Made by a program: the position numbers and the translations under genes. The notes under the pieces are model-generated. The model did not search any database. It saw only the letters and a program-made list of their open reading frames with translations, and was not told where the DNA came from. 64,000 bases of DNA from Lama guanicoe (lineage: Eukaryota), in the NCBI GenBank assembly GCA_013239625.1, contig MU053482.1, forward strand, positions 843,168 to 907,167, given 5' to 3'. Positions 38,809-51,791 of this stretch are shown here, piece after piece. Each line of letters opens with the position of its first letter. The first letter of the stretch is position 1.

Positions 38809-39325
38809 TAGAGAGGATCAGTACATGCCACTTCAAAATATACAGCTTTTACTGAAGAATTATCTTACACTGAAGGCATTTAATTTCCTGAAATCCCTTG
38901 TCTGCCTAAAAGCAGTCCTCCCAAAAGAACTCAGTTGTCATAAATCCCCTCCCCAGGGAAGTTCTGATCTTGTCTTCTTGGAGACAGAAGTTGGCACCAC
39001 ACCCTGATAGACATTGTCACCAATGATCATACCTCCCGTCTATTCTCCTGGGGGCCCGTTTGTCTTCCTAAAAAGTCATTTGTTTCTCTATAAGTGCCCT
39101 TTCTCCCCATGCCTTTCCCCTAGTAATTTAGGCCTATGGACCCCAAACTCTAACCACTCCTTTGAGTTACTCAGAACTGAGTTTCTCCCATGTGAAGCTG
39201 CAGTGCACATGCTAATACAATTTGTACGCTTTTCTCTTACGATGTCTTTTGTCGGTCTCATTTACAGGGTCCCATTCACAGAACCCAGGGGAACAGAGGA
39301 GAAAAGATACTTTTCCTCCCCTACA
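38809..39325 (+). mobile_element. ERV1-class solo LTR (MER34-like)
   Basis: CATGCCACTTCAAAATATAC…CTGAAGGCA start and TTTTCCTCCCCTACA end; 4-bp TSD GTAG at 38805-38808 and 39326-39329. Confidence 0.75.
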
Positions 39326-40264
39326 GTAGCTATAATATATAAGGCAGCATGCTAGACTTTTATGTGTTTTAATATAAATAATAGCAGCTCCCAAATTGTT
39401 AGGATTTATAACATTTATAACATGAAACATTCGCTAAGCATTCTCTATAGATTGTCTTACTTATTCTTTACAGTAATCCTAAGAAATGCAGACTATTACC
39501 TTTAGTTTTTAAGATGAAGATAGGTTAGTAACATGGCCAAAATCACCCAGTTTAGTGAACGGTGAAGCTGGGATTCTGGACTGTCCCATTCTAGAGCTTA
39601 TGCTTAAAATCACTAGGATATCTTCTATTTTATTCCTTATTACTCTTTATCTGTTTAAATGAACCTGTTGATCATAAGCCTAGTAGTTAAATTGGATACC
39701 ACTTCAAAATTTACACAGTGCTTTTGTGTACCCACTGAAATTGACTATTAAACCCTTACAACCCAGTGAAGGGAGATGGCATTTGCATTTTGTAGATGAA
39801 GAAAATGTGGAGCTCAGAGAACTAATGGAACTTGCTTAAAGTGACACAGATAGTAAGTGGCAGAACTGGAGCTCACAGTCGGTGCTTCTTAATCTACGCC
39901 AGTCTCCTAATGTCTACCCGCTTTTTCTAATCTTACTCCTTGTGCTCATATATTATTTTTCTTCTTGATACTGGCTCTTCAGGTATTTGGAGAGTTCTCT
40001 CTTGTCCTTCTTGAATCTCTTCTTTTAATGTGAATTCACCCTAGTTTTTAATTCTGTGTGTGTTGCAGGGATGGCGGGGGCAGTCTATTGGGCCAGTAAA
40101 ATCCCTGGAGTGCCAAGAGGAAGACTTCCTGGGGACGGTGCTCAAGCCAGAGCTGCACTGGGTGGTCTCACCACTTCCAAATACACTTACTTTCACCCCA
40201 TACCATCTTCAGAGAGCTGCCTAGGCTGAAATAGATTTGTTGGTCTCTTTTTCCAATCATTTAG

Positions 40265-40435
40265 GCAAAGGGATGGTGGTCGCATTACTCGTTGGTGGCA
40301 AGATCTCTGTTCTGTGCTTCATACAAATGAACATTTGAGAGAACTGGACCTGAGTCATAGCAACCTTGATAAATTAGCAATGAAGACTTTTAATCAAGAA
40401 CTAAGGCACCCAGACTGTAAACTACGAAAACTACT
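40265..40435 (+). CDS. NLRP14: NLRP14 LRR exon 1 (171 nt; alternative acceptor at 40271 gives 165 nt)
   Basis: (W)QRDGGRITRWWQDLCSVLHTNEHLRELDLSHSNL…HPDCKLRKL; donor CT|GTAAGT, phase 2-2. Confidence 0.9.
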
Positions 40436-40759
40436 GTAAGTCTGGCATGAGAAAACATAATGGAGCCATTGTATTTTCTTTCTTTATCCCACCTCCCAGT
40501 CCTATTAAAGGGAACCAACAGTAAACAGATAATTAAAGTCTACTGTGTAAAATACTCTAAGAACATGAATTGTGGAAAGCTCTGGGGACGGGAGAGCATA
40601 GCTAACTTGTTCTGGGAAATATTACACAGAACATAGTAGCAGTTGACCTGGGTCTTTGAGGCTTCGTTAGGAATTTTCTACATGGAGAGGAGCACAGAGC
40701 TAAGGCATTCTAGGGAAGTCAACAAGGCATTATCTAAACAAATTCTGGAATATATCATT

Positions 40760-41430
40760 TTTTTCCATTCAATACAGTGCACAGATATGAAGTGTCCAGT
40801 TCATTGAGTTTTGACAGTTGCATACACCTGTGTAACCAATACCCCAAACAAGCAAGAAAGTAATTACATCTACTCGTGAAGTTTCCCTGTAGTCCTTTCT
40901 GTATTCACTCCTCTCACCCTGCCCAGTCCCAAAGGCAACCACTTGCTAACCTCTATCACTTTAGATTAGTTTTGTCTGTTCTTGGAAATCTTTTAAATGG
41001 AGTCATACAGTATATATATTTTTCCGTCCATCTGTTTTTGCTCAACAAAATATTTTTAAAAATTTATTCATGTCATTGCTATTTCAGTTGTTTCTTTCTT
41101 CTCATTCTGATTAGCATTCCATAGTATGCTATACTACAGCTTGCTTATTCATTCTCTTGTTAATTGGCCCCTGGGTTGTTTCCAGTTTGGGGTAATTATG
41201 AATAAGGCTTCTTTGAATATTCTTGTACAAATCTATTGTGTGTGATAGATGTTTTCATCTCTTGGTCTAATACCTAGGAATGGAATTGTTAGCTCATAGA
41301 TGTATGTTTAACTGTTTAAGAAATTGCCAACCAGTTCTTCAAAGTGGTTTTACCATTGTATAGTCCCACCAGCAGTATATGACAGTTCCAGCTGCTCCTC
41401 ATCCTTGCCAACATCTGCTATGTCCTTTTA
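40760..41430 (-). mobile_element. Old antisense L1M 3' end
   Basis: GAGTTTTGACAGTTGCATACACC…GGGTTGTTTCCAGTTTGGGG…CCAAAGTGGTT-like…CATCCTTGCCAACA, typical L1M 3' end. Confidence 0.7.
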
Positions 41431-42868
41431 AAATTTTTTATTATATCTTAATTTGATTCTAGATACCCTACTGCCTTTTTACACTTGGTCATTTACAGGT
41501 CTCCCTCTCTTGTCTATTGGCTCTGCTAAGAGCTGGAACTGATCCTGTTCTCTTTTGTGTTCTGTGCTCATCGACGTGCTCAGGGCTCAGCAGTATGTAC
41601 CAAATGCTGAACAATCGATAAGATACTTGTTTCCATTAGCACTGTTGATTAATGTTATTTTATGGGGAACAGGCTTCCCCCTAAATACTGCCCATAAAAT
41701 CTCAGTGTTTTTAGTGAGATCTGACCTTAGATTTTAAGTGACTAGATTAGGTCAGGTCTTGCATGTAGGTATGGGAGGCAGTTACACACACGTTACAATG
41801 AAGGTGTTCCTGAAGTCCTTTTCACTCACCCCCATTCATCTCCCGCACAGTGTCCCTTCACTGAATGCCCCAACCCAGATCCTAACAGTAGCTAGTGCTT
41901 CTTTCGGGTTAAATGGCTTCCTCTTTTAGAATGCAAGGGTCTCTCGGGGGATGGCTCCATGAGGGCAGCTCTCAGTCTTTCCCACCTTAGTCTGGCCTGC
42001 CTTACTTAAATCACTCTTCCCTAACAAGTGACACTGTACTTTCAACTTAGGTTTAGTGAGTGCATTGGGAACTTTTACTAGAGATGATGGTGAGCACTCT
42101 AAATGGGTAAAAGCTTTATTTTCTTGATGTGCTTGGCTGGATGGAGGGTGAGGGTGAAGGGTGAGTGATCTTCAGAAGTGAGGGGAGGTGAGATCACAAA
42201 GGGAAGTTTTTGAAAAGTTAGCAGTAGGAACACACTGGGCATCTGGAGCCAGCAGAGGCACTATAGAAGAATCAGATACAGCTAACGATGACTCAGAGAT
42301 GGAAAACAGGAAGAAAAATCGGCAGATTTAACTTTCTTCATATTTTGCTTTGGGTTGTCTCTACACCTAACAAAGTCCACAAGATGACAGGGAATATTTT
42401 GCAATAATGTATTGTGCTAATGATGCACATCAAATAGTTGATATTAACTGTGAACTCATGTTGGGTTATTTAAAGGATTAATATATGGATTAATGTTGTA
42501 ATTGCAGTATTAGGAATAGCCTCGATAATTTTCGGTCCTCATTCCTGGGACTAAGAGTTCAAAAACTTCTCTTCTGCTTTTCCTGATGCCACACTTTCTT
42601 TGCCTTTAGAGTCAAAAGAAAAAAAAAAGTTGAGAGTATCAGCTGTCAGGATATAATGGACATTTAAGTTGTAACCCATTTTTTTCCTAAGCAACATCCT
42701 GAAGCTTGAATTTACGACCTTGACCTGAAACAGGAGAAACCCAGTGTAAGATAAGAGATGGCAGGAATATTTAGATAGTATCTCAGAGCTGCGCTGGAAA
42801 GGAAAGGGATGTTGGAACCAGGGACAGAGATGATTTTGTAATCCCTCTTGTGTGTTTTCCTTCTGAAG

Positions 42869-43036
42869 GTTGAGATTTATTTCTTTCCCTGATGCTTGTC
42901 AGGATATCTCTAGTTCTTTGACTCATAACCAGAACCTGATGCATCTTGACCTGAAAGGAAGCGATATAGGGGATAATGGAGTAAAGTCACTATGTGATGC
43001 CTTGAAACACCCGGAGTGTAAACTACAGAACCTGAG
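42869..43036 (+). CDS. NLRP14: NLRP14 LRR exon 2 (168 nt)
   Basis: LRFISFPDACQDISSSLTHNQNLMHLDLKGSDIGDNGVKSLCDALKHPECKLQNL; aag|G…AG|gtaagt. Confidence 0.92.
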
Positions 43037-46000
43037 GTAAGTCATGAGTTTGTGCATGTGTGTGCGTGTGTTTGAGACTTTTGTCTGCCAAATAGATTCT
43101 TACAGCCTGGACTTGCCGTTCACAGGGCTAGCTTAGATCTACTTTCTTGGTTGAAAGAGCAGGGATTTGTAGATTCAGGCTTATTTCCTCCTGATAAGAC
43201 GTCTAACTCCCCCCGCCCCCCACTAAAGGCCCCTCATTGTATAGTTCTCTGTGTCTCCATCTCCTAAATCTGGGGGGAAAAAAGGGAGAGGAGACCCAGA
43301 ATTTATAAATTTTTCATATTTAGATGCTGGAACAGCTATAGTCATTATATCTTTGAACTCTCACAGAAAAGGCTGCACGAGCAGTAGCTGAGGGCGGTGC
43401 TGAGGCAGGCTCAGTTTTACTTGATTTTTGACACTGCATCTCCCTCACCCATCACTGCAACTCAGTGAGCAGCACAGAAAGTTGAGGAAGAACAGTGTGG
43501 CAACTGTCCAGGTGCCTGCTCCCTACCACACACTAGTAATGGGCCTGATTTCCTTTCTCTATGAAAGTGAAAAAATTAGCAATCATGCTTGGTCTCCACA
43601 TCGTGTGACAGGTTTCGAGAAAAATCTTATTTTCCAATGAAAGACTTTTAAATCAGTTTCTGACAAAATAAAACCAACCCCAAAAAAGCAAAACAAAAAA
43701 AATCATTATAGTAAGTTTTACCTTAGAAATTTTGGAATCCCTAGATTCAGTTCAGGGGGCACAAGACTGAACCTTGATGCAGGAAGGACCAAAGTAGGTC
43801 TGTATTTGTGGGAAGCAAATTATAATGTATGTGTAGAAAAAGATGCCAAGAAAAATCTGAACCAAGACCTTCTTTTTGACAATAGGCAGATGAATTCTGT
43901 TACCATTGGGGAATTTTTTTTTTAAGAGTTTCACTAGTTTTTACAGGATGCAACTCACAGCGTGTCTGGAAAGGTGCTGGGTAATTCTTGACCATGTGTT
44001 CAGTTGTCAGCAAGCCAGGTTGGGGTGTGGGTTTTACCAACTATGAAGCAGGTTTAGGACATTTTGAGAGATTTTCTGTAACCTGCAGCCTCTGGTCTGG
44101 AACCCCATTGAGAAGTAGGTCATGGGTTCCTCTGTCTAATCATGAACATGTTAGCAGCAAAGATGTGTTAAACAGAGGGAAAGATGTTCTCTTCCAGTGA
44201 GAGCCACGGATCCAAGACAGAATGCCGTGGCACTTGCCAGATCGGCAGGACTTGCTATTATCCCTTTCATCAGCTGGGACTTGAACAATGTATTCCAGTG
44301 AGGACCCTTCATGTAGACCCAGTTACCAGGCTTTCAGATAGGAAACCATCTCTCCGAGCCAACTAGTAGGGCTCTTGCACCAGTGAATAGAATGTTTTGG
44401 TGGCAGAAGTCATGAGAGATTCATAATAATCTAACATTGAGTTATGTAGGACTAGATGTTTTCCCAGTGTGGGTGGTCACTGGGGCGCAATCAATAATCT
44501 CATAAGGTCCAGGTATCTTATAAGATTCCCTTGTTATGATAAAACAATAAAAGAAAGCAAAACTATTTTAAAAAATATTTTCTGACTTGTGATACCATCT
44601 CTGCTTTTCTTTGCAGTTGCAAAGGAAAGAGGGAACATTTTCTTTTTATGGGGCTCAGATTTCATTTGTCAGACATTAGGAGGTCCATAGCTGAAATTCT
44701 ATTAATTGGCACTAAGAAAAGGAGAGAGTTTGAGAAACTCAAATTTATACTACAGAAAGGATAAGAGCAAAACAGATTATTGAACAAAAGGACTCTAGGA
44801 CATCTACTATTTATATCTCCAGTCAGAAGCATTTTTTAATGTTTTCAGTGCCATTTTCTATTTTTTGCTTCACAGATGAGCTACGTTTTGTTTCATTTTT
44901 GGTTTGTGTCCAGCTATGTCCAGAAATTTGCAGGTTATATTGCCTGATTTTAATTTAATTGGTGATTATTAGTTACTGCCCTTCAGGGTTTTCTTCCCCA
45001 AATAAATACTTGATCAAATTCAAAAGGATCACAACATTTAAAATACCCTTATGTAAGGCAAAACATTTAGTATACCTCTGTGGTACAATTTCCGGTAGGT
45101 TAATTTAATCTAGGATTACAAGGGCTAGACATTTTACACTTTGAACTCTTCTAAAACTTCTGACTTTTTATCGTGGCAATGCACCTGAATACAACAGTTA
45201 CTTAGATTAATTCTATGCACATAGTTTTAAATCAATGTATACTGCTAGCTTTTTGGTTTTGTTTTCTTAAACTCACCTTTCCCACTGTACAAACTCTTAA
45301 TTTTGATTCAGTGCATCATCGGCTGATACAGTTTTAAATTAATGTTTTCATGCAGCGTGTGAAGGATGCATTTTATGACTTTCTTTACACCCTTTGATCC
45401 CCTTTGTAGATGAATGACAACGTATCTGGGTCTCAGGCCTCCACTTTGTTCTTAACACTGACTTTGCTACGGTAATTTCCAGCATTTAGTGTTCTAGAGA
45501 GAAGTCTGAGGATAACCTGACACTTCAACCCCTTAACTCCCTCCCACCTTCCCAACTGTAGTGTTTACTTTCTCATTTGTGTCCTCAGGATTTTTTAAAT
45601 TACTTTCACATTTTGTTACTTTTGATCTGCTCATAAGGTTTTTTTTTTCCCCTTCTCAGAAATAATCTTTTTAAATGGGAGTTTTAAAATGGTTTCAGGG
45701 CTCACTCTCTTGCACACGCTGTCACCATTTCTGTTTCTGTTTTTCAAGAGCATTTAATAGTCATTAGTTGTAGCTCTTTTCCTATATAACTCTTACTTTT
45801 TTTTTTGTCCTTCTCATCTTTTTCTCCCTTTCTTCTTGGAGAGTCTCTCAGATTTATTCATAATGATTTTGCTCTTTATTGCCTCAAATGCAGATCTCAG
45901 TGTTGTTGCTTCTAATTTCGTTGCACTCTTTTATCTTAAACCTGCTCCCTTTCTCACTGTCGTCTCCACTCATGAAGTGCTCTTCTCATTTCAGAGTCGT

Positions 46001-46246
46001 CATCTTCCTGTACATTTAAAATGTAAGGCAGACCTTTCTAAACACTTTCTTCCATTTCCTAGTTTTTGGGTTTTATATGTGTGTTTATTTTCTGTTCCTT
46101 AGTGTAATACTCTCTTCCTGTAAACTTTAATATTTTATCCACAGGTCCCATAATATTGGAATCTCTTTTCTGTCTAAAAGAGCTCTATCCAAACACAGTG
46201 TATAAGTTTCCCTAACTGCCTGATGCTGATATAATAAATACCCTTT

Positions 46247-46640
46247 TGTATGAGTTTGCTCTGGCTGCCGTAACAAAATACCCCACAGACTTGGTGAATT
46301 AAAGAATATAAATTTATTTCTCACAGTTCTGGAGGCTGGAAGTTCATGATCAGGGTGCTGGCGGGGTCGGTTTCTGGTAAGGCCTCTCTCCTTGCCTGTG
46401 GACAGCTGCCTTATCATTGGGTCCTCACATGGCCTTTCTGTGCGTGTGCTCACCCCTGGTGTCTCTTCCTCTTCTTATGAGGACACCAAGTACTACTGGG
46501 TTAGGGGTCCATTCTTAAGACCTCATTAGCCTTAATTACCTCCTGAGAGGCCCTCTCTCCATATACAGTCACATTAAGGGGGGGTGGGGGTTAGGGCTTC
46601 AACATGCAAATAGGGGGGAAGACAATTCAGTCCATAACAC
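46247..46640 (-). mobile_element. MLT1A-like MaLR solo LTR
   Basis: GGCTGCCGTAACAAAATACC…ATTTATTTCTCACAGTTCTGGAGGCTGGAAGT…TTCAGTCCATAACA. Confidence 0.85.
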
Positions 46641-47512
46641 CTCTTCAGAGCAAGCTGAGGCTTTCAGCCTTAAGCCATGTTCTAGGTCGTCCAATAAGAT
46701 CTAATTCTGGATTGAGGTGGGAGCTTCCCCTGTTCTGACCTCTCTATGCTCTGATTTTGATGAAGGGAAACAATTCTGAAGGCACTCAAGTTGATAAGTC
46801 CTCAAAATCAATAAATGGAACAAGTCCAAGTTCTAGGAGTGCCGCTGCCTGAGTCTTCTTACAAGCAGCTGACATTACGCCCAGCCACGCCCAGACCCAA
46901 GTTGTCGCTAAATATGAGTCTGTAAAAACAGGGGCTCTCCATGTACTTCTTCTTTTCTCTTTCTGCTTCCCTTCCTCTTTTACTTTATTTTTAGAAACCA
47001 TTTTATTAATTTCGTGTTTTCACTGTTAAGGATGGGGTTCCTCAGAAAACACAGGTTGGCTCCCATGAAGAAATGAGCTCTGGGCAGAGAGTTCTGTGGG
47101 AGTCCTCGCTTTTGCCCCTGCTTTCCAGCCCAACTCTGTTCTGCCTCAAAGTCAAAGAGTGAAAGGGTACACTCCTTCAGTCCATCTTCTTCCATGATGT
47201 GGTTAAAGGAAATTCCTCCCAGATTCAAAAAAATGACCGTTTAAAAATACTTTTTAATGTTTTCATACATATTTTGTAGGGAATTAGGGAGGTGGAGATG
47301 GAAGAGGGAAGCTCCCTACCGTCCCCCCTACCCTTCCTAACTCTCTAGCAGAGCCCCGGGCTTTAGGTAAATCATTCTCATTTGATGTAGAGAAGCCAGA
47401 TTTTCAGAACAGGTCCCAACGACTGAGAAATCACACCCTCTGGCTAAGTGAGTGGGGGTTATAATAATTCTCTGTGGAGTGGTCATTTCTAATTTTCTGT
47501 ATTGTTTTCCAG

Positions 47513-47683
47513 CTTGGAATCCTGCAGCCTAACTACGGTTTGTTGTCTAAATATCTCTAAGGCTCTCATCAGAAGCCAGAGCCTGAGATCTCTGAATCTA
47601 TCGACTAATAACCTACTGGATGACGGAGTGATGCTGTTGTGCGAGGCCTTGATGCATCCAAAGTGTTACCTGCAGAGACTGTC
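47513..47683 (+). CDS. NLRP14: NLRP14 LRR exon 3 (171 nt)
   Basis: LESCSLTTVCCLNISKALIRSQSLRSLNLSTNNLLDDGVMLLCEALMHPKCYLQRL; ccag|C…TC|gtgagt. Confidence 0.93.
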
Positions 47684-48099
47684 GTGAGTCTTTCTGTACT
47701 GTTTTCTGTAGAGTCATTCTGTGCAGTCTTGTATACTTCCATTATGATCTGAACGGGGAAGCTGCTTGGGGCTTGACACTAACTGGCTGATTCGTCAGTC
47801 CTGGATGACTGCCTCCTTTTCTTTGCCTGCCTGCGTTCCTCTTTGACTTGACTCTTAGAGACACTTTTTTAAATGACAGACTTCTTACTTTCATTCCTTT
47901 CCAGGCTTCTCTTTTCTCCTCCTCTGTTTATCTCATCAGACCCTGTCCATAGCTGCGATGGAATTCATAATTAAAGTAGGTCTGCCGAGGCTGCTTCTGG
48001 AGTAGAGATGGAGGGGTTGTAAGTACCAGCTAGCTTCCCTGTGAAGGAGAAGAGAAGCATGAACCTTCTCTTCCCTCCCCATCTGTATTTCTCCTTCAG

Positions 48100-48270
48100 C
48101 TTAGAACACTGTGGCCTCACAGCAGCTGGCTGTGAGGATCTGTCTTTGGCTCTCATCAGCAATGAACGGCTGACACATTTATGCTTGGCGGACAACGTCT
48201 TGGGAGATGGTGGAGTCAAGCTTATTAGCCATGCCTTGAAACATCCACAGTGCACTCTACAGAGCCTTGT
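48100..48270 (+). CDS. NLRP14: NLRP14 LRR exon 4 (171 nt)
   Basis: LEHCGLTAAGCEDLSLALISNERLTHLCLADNVLGDGGVKLISHALKHPQCTLQSL; tcag|C…GT|gtaagc. Confidence 0.93.
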
Positions 48271-49587
48271 GTAAGCATCTACTAGTTTTCATCCTTCCAA
48301 TATAACAGACCTTTTGACATACATTTAAAATGGAAAAATATTATGAACATATTCTGTCCCTTGCTTTTTTCTCTCCTGTTATCCCTGACAGTGAAGATGA
48401 TGAAGATGATAATAATCATTGCCATTTATTATGTCCTTACTCTGTGCTGAGCCCTGTGCAAAATTTAATCAGCACAAAAGCACCTGTTGGTGTCAGATTA
48501 GCCACTTGAGTTTGAAATGCCTCACTGAACAGTGAGGAATGTGAGGCGTAGAAAGATTATGCAGCTTGCATGATGCTTCCAAGAAAATGATGGATTCAGG
48601 CCTAAAGTCCACCCATCCCAGATCGCTTGTGTGCATTCCCTTTGCAGTTCAGGGGCCTGCATTGTTTAATATCTTCACTATGTCTCTCTAATCCTTTTGG
48701 TCAATATTAATTAGATAGCTTAAAATAACTTTTGAAATCATTTGATGTTGAACATCTTTTCAAATGTTAACCTTTAATATTCTAGGAATTGCCTCTTCAT
48801 AAGGTGTTTTCTCCTGGATATTTTCTGTTTTATAGGCTATGTTATTAATTATATTATATATTAATATATATATTATTACTATTACATTATTGCTATTTTT
48901 TTATTTATTATAAGTAACCTACCTGGCATGTTGCTGTATTTCTAACTTTTATGGTCATTTTTAGACTACAGACATTCAAAACTTCTGTGAGGTCAAATTA
49001 CCTCCCTCCTGCATGACTTCTAGAAGTTTTTTCATAATTGGAAATACCTTTTTTTTAATCCACTTCTATCATCTTTTCCTACTCTTTGCGGATGAATTTT
49101 TAACATTTAAATGTTAAATTATTCCAAATGTATTGTGTTATAAGACTTAAACTTTCTTTCCCCCATACATCAGGCCTATCATCTGCACTTCATTTATATC
49201 CGAATACATCTTTTCCCTTCTGGTGGGAAGTGCCACTTTTACCATGCACAGAAAGTCCTTATTGTATTACGATTGCGCCCATCCTACTTCGCGTGCCTGC
49301 GCCTCCACTCCAGGCAGCTGCTTCTGCAGTAGAACACTGTATTTATGAGTGATGTAAAGATGTTAACGTGTTATTTATAATTCTGAAGAATGTGATTCCA
49401 GTTTTGTAGCCAAATCTGGTACCAACCTAAATACCCAAGTGAGACAGCCAAAGAGGCAGCGAGGGAGGAGGGCCTTAGGTCTGAGATGCAGTGCTGGCAA
49501 GTGGATACAGGACGGTAACGTGAAACCTTCCTAAAGATACAGGGCTCTGAGCAGTGACCCCGTCTTCCCTCGCCGTCCTCTCCACAG

Positions 49588-49758
49588 GCTGAGGCGCTGC
49601 CACTTCACGTCACTCAGCAGTGAGTGTCTTTCTGCCTCGCTCCTGCGCAACAGGAGCCTGATGCATCTGGACCTGGGGTCCAACTGCCTGCGAGACGACG
49701 GAGTGAAGCTTCTGTGCGACGCCTTCCGGCGTCCAGGCTGCCGTCTCCAGGCCCTGGA
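49588..49758 (+). CDS. NLRP14: NLRP14 LRR exon 5 (171 nt)
   Basis: LRRCHFTSLSSECLSASLLRNRSLMHLDLGSNCLRDDGVKLLCDAFRRPGCRLQAL; acag|G…GA|gtaggt. Confidence 0.92.
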
Positions 49759-51791
49759 GTAGGTTTTCCGTGGCCTCCCGTCTGCGTCGCTTTAAGTACT
49801 GTGAGGGCAGGGGGGATGCGGCAGGAAAGAAAGGCAGGGAGCCGACTAGCTGTCAGAGAAAAGAATCCACAGCCGATTCCCTCTCCCCCTCATTCTGGGA
49901 GACAGGCTGGGGAAGTCTGTGGGTCCGATTTTCCTTAAACAATTACTGCAGTGACGACAGTCGGCTTCCCTCAGGTAAGGAGCACCGGGGACACCAGGCC
50001 GAGCTTTAGCCGTTTTTTTTCCCCTTGGTCATGCTCCAGGGAGTCTACTGTGTGTCTTCTGCCGCACATCCATGAAGCTGAAACTGTGCTCACTGGTTTT
50101 TCTCTCTTAAACTCAGGCTTGTAATTCGGTCAGCGTCTAAAGAAGCTGGGAAGGGAAGTTTTTTAAAATATGCAGCAATCCAGTCATTCTCAAACAGCAG
50201 CGAGTTTTGCTCCCCTCATGTTCTCTCTTCCTCTGGCAGTGGGCGCACGTCCATGTGCGCGATGTGCGTCTGTAATTGTGACCACTGTGCAGACTTAGAG
50301 GTTTCCTTTTTACATGATAGGACTTCAGAAGCACATTTTAATACTTACATACAATTATTATTTTAATGGCTACATGATGTTTAATGTTTCACTAGGTAAA
50401 TATTGTGGCTAGTGTGAAGCAAGAGAGAGATGTCACTGAGAGATCTTAGCTCATGTTCCCACCAGGGCCTCCTGTGGGACTAGCAGCCTGGGTGAGTCAC
50501 TAAGGGTCCAACCCCAGCATTGCTTTGCTAGAACTGTAAACTGAAGATCGCTGGTATACCCAGAGGTGCTTGGGCTGACGACTGACTCATGAGAATCAGA
50601 TTTCCAAATGAGTTTAATAGTTGATTGTAAACACTGCGGTAAACACTACGGTGTAACACATCCGTAAACACCAGGGTGATTGAACTCTTCGGCCCAATAA
50701 GCATCTGTACTTCCTTTTGGAAATGTATGGGGTATGGGTTATGATGTGATTCTTTGGTTTCCTTGATGATTATTCAACTGGAAGACAAAATTATACCTAA
50801 TGGAGTTTATCACTTAATCCAGTGCCATCATGTAATTTACAGAGACATACTTTCTAAGTGACCTATGCACGTAAGCATTGCTGTAACGCCTGGACACATT
50901 GCTTTCTTAGCTGCCTTCGCAGCCTCTGTGGGCACATGCCAGTTCTCTCGGCCAGTGTTTATGCCAAATATGAGCTACATGCTCAGAGGACTAAAGGTTA
51001 TTTCTCAGGTGATGCTTTTGTCCTTGGGTAACTCACAAAATGCCAATGGCAGGGAAAAAAAATACAAAGCCAATTATAATACATTCCATCTGTTGTTACA
51101 AGGATATGGCAGAAGTCCCAGGGAGCAAGGAATGGGATGGAAGAAACTGAGTTTCTTTAGGCTTAAAAGATAAAGAAGATTTTGTTATGTGCAGATTTCC
51201 TAGGCAGAAGGAAAGGAGTGAAAAGAAGGGAAATGCAGATAGATGCAGTATATTTGGGAGAAACTGGATGTGTATGGTGGGAAAATGGGTGAGACAGTAT
51301 GGAAAGAGAACACAAGGCCAGATTGTGAATGCTCTTAAATGCCCTAGAAAGGACCTGAAAGAAACATCTTTTTGTGTGTAGCTATCTTCTTTGGAGATAA
51401 CACTTTGAGACGGATTCCTGGAAAGCATTTTTATGTCAAAAATACATTAGAAACTGAAAGCCTAGAGATCTGTGGGTTCCTTGGGAAAGCTTACCTCCAC
51501 TGGATTTAGTATTGGCAGAAATATGTGTTTATGCCCTGGATTTGGGAAGTTTCTTAGAAAGCAACCTGTTTGTGGGAGAAAGCAGTTTCACTTGCGTTTT
51601 TTATTTTGTTCTGTTCATTAAGAAATCCCATCTGTTTCTACTGTTAATGTTAGATCTTCCTGTGGGCATCCTAGATTGTAGACAGAAAAGGCTCAGAAAA
51701 AAAAGGCTCAAATACCTGGGCCTCTCTCCTGGGAATAAGCAAATTAAGCCTCACAACTGAAGGTCTCACTTCTCTCTTGTGCTTCTCGCAG

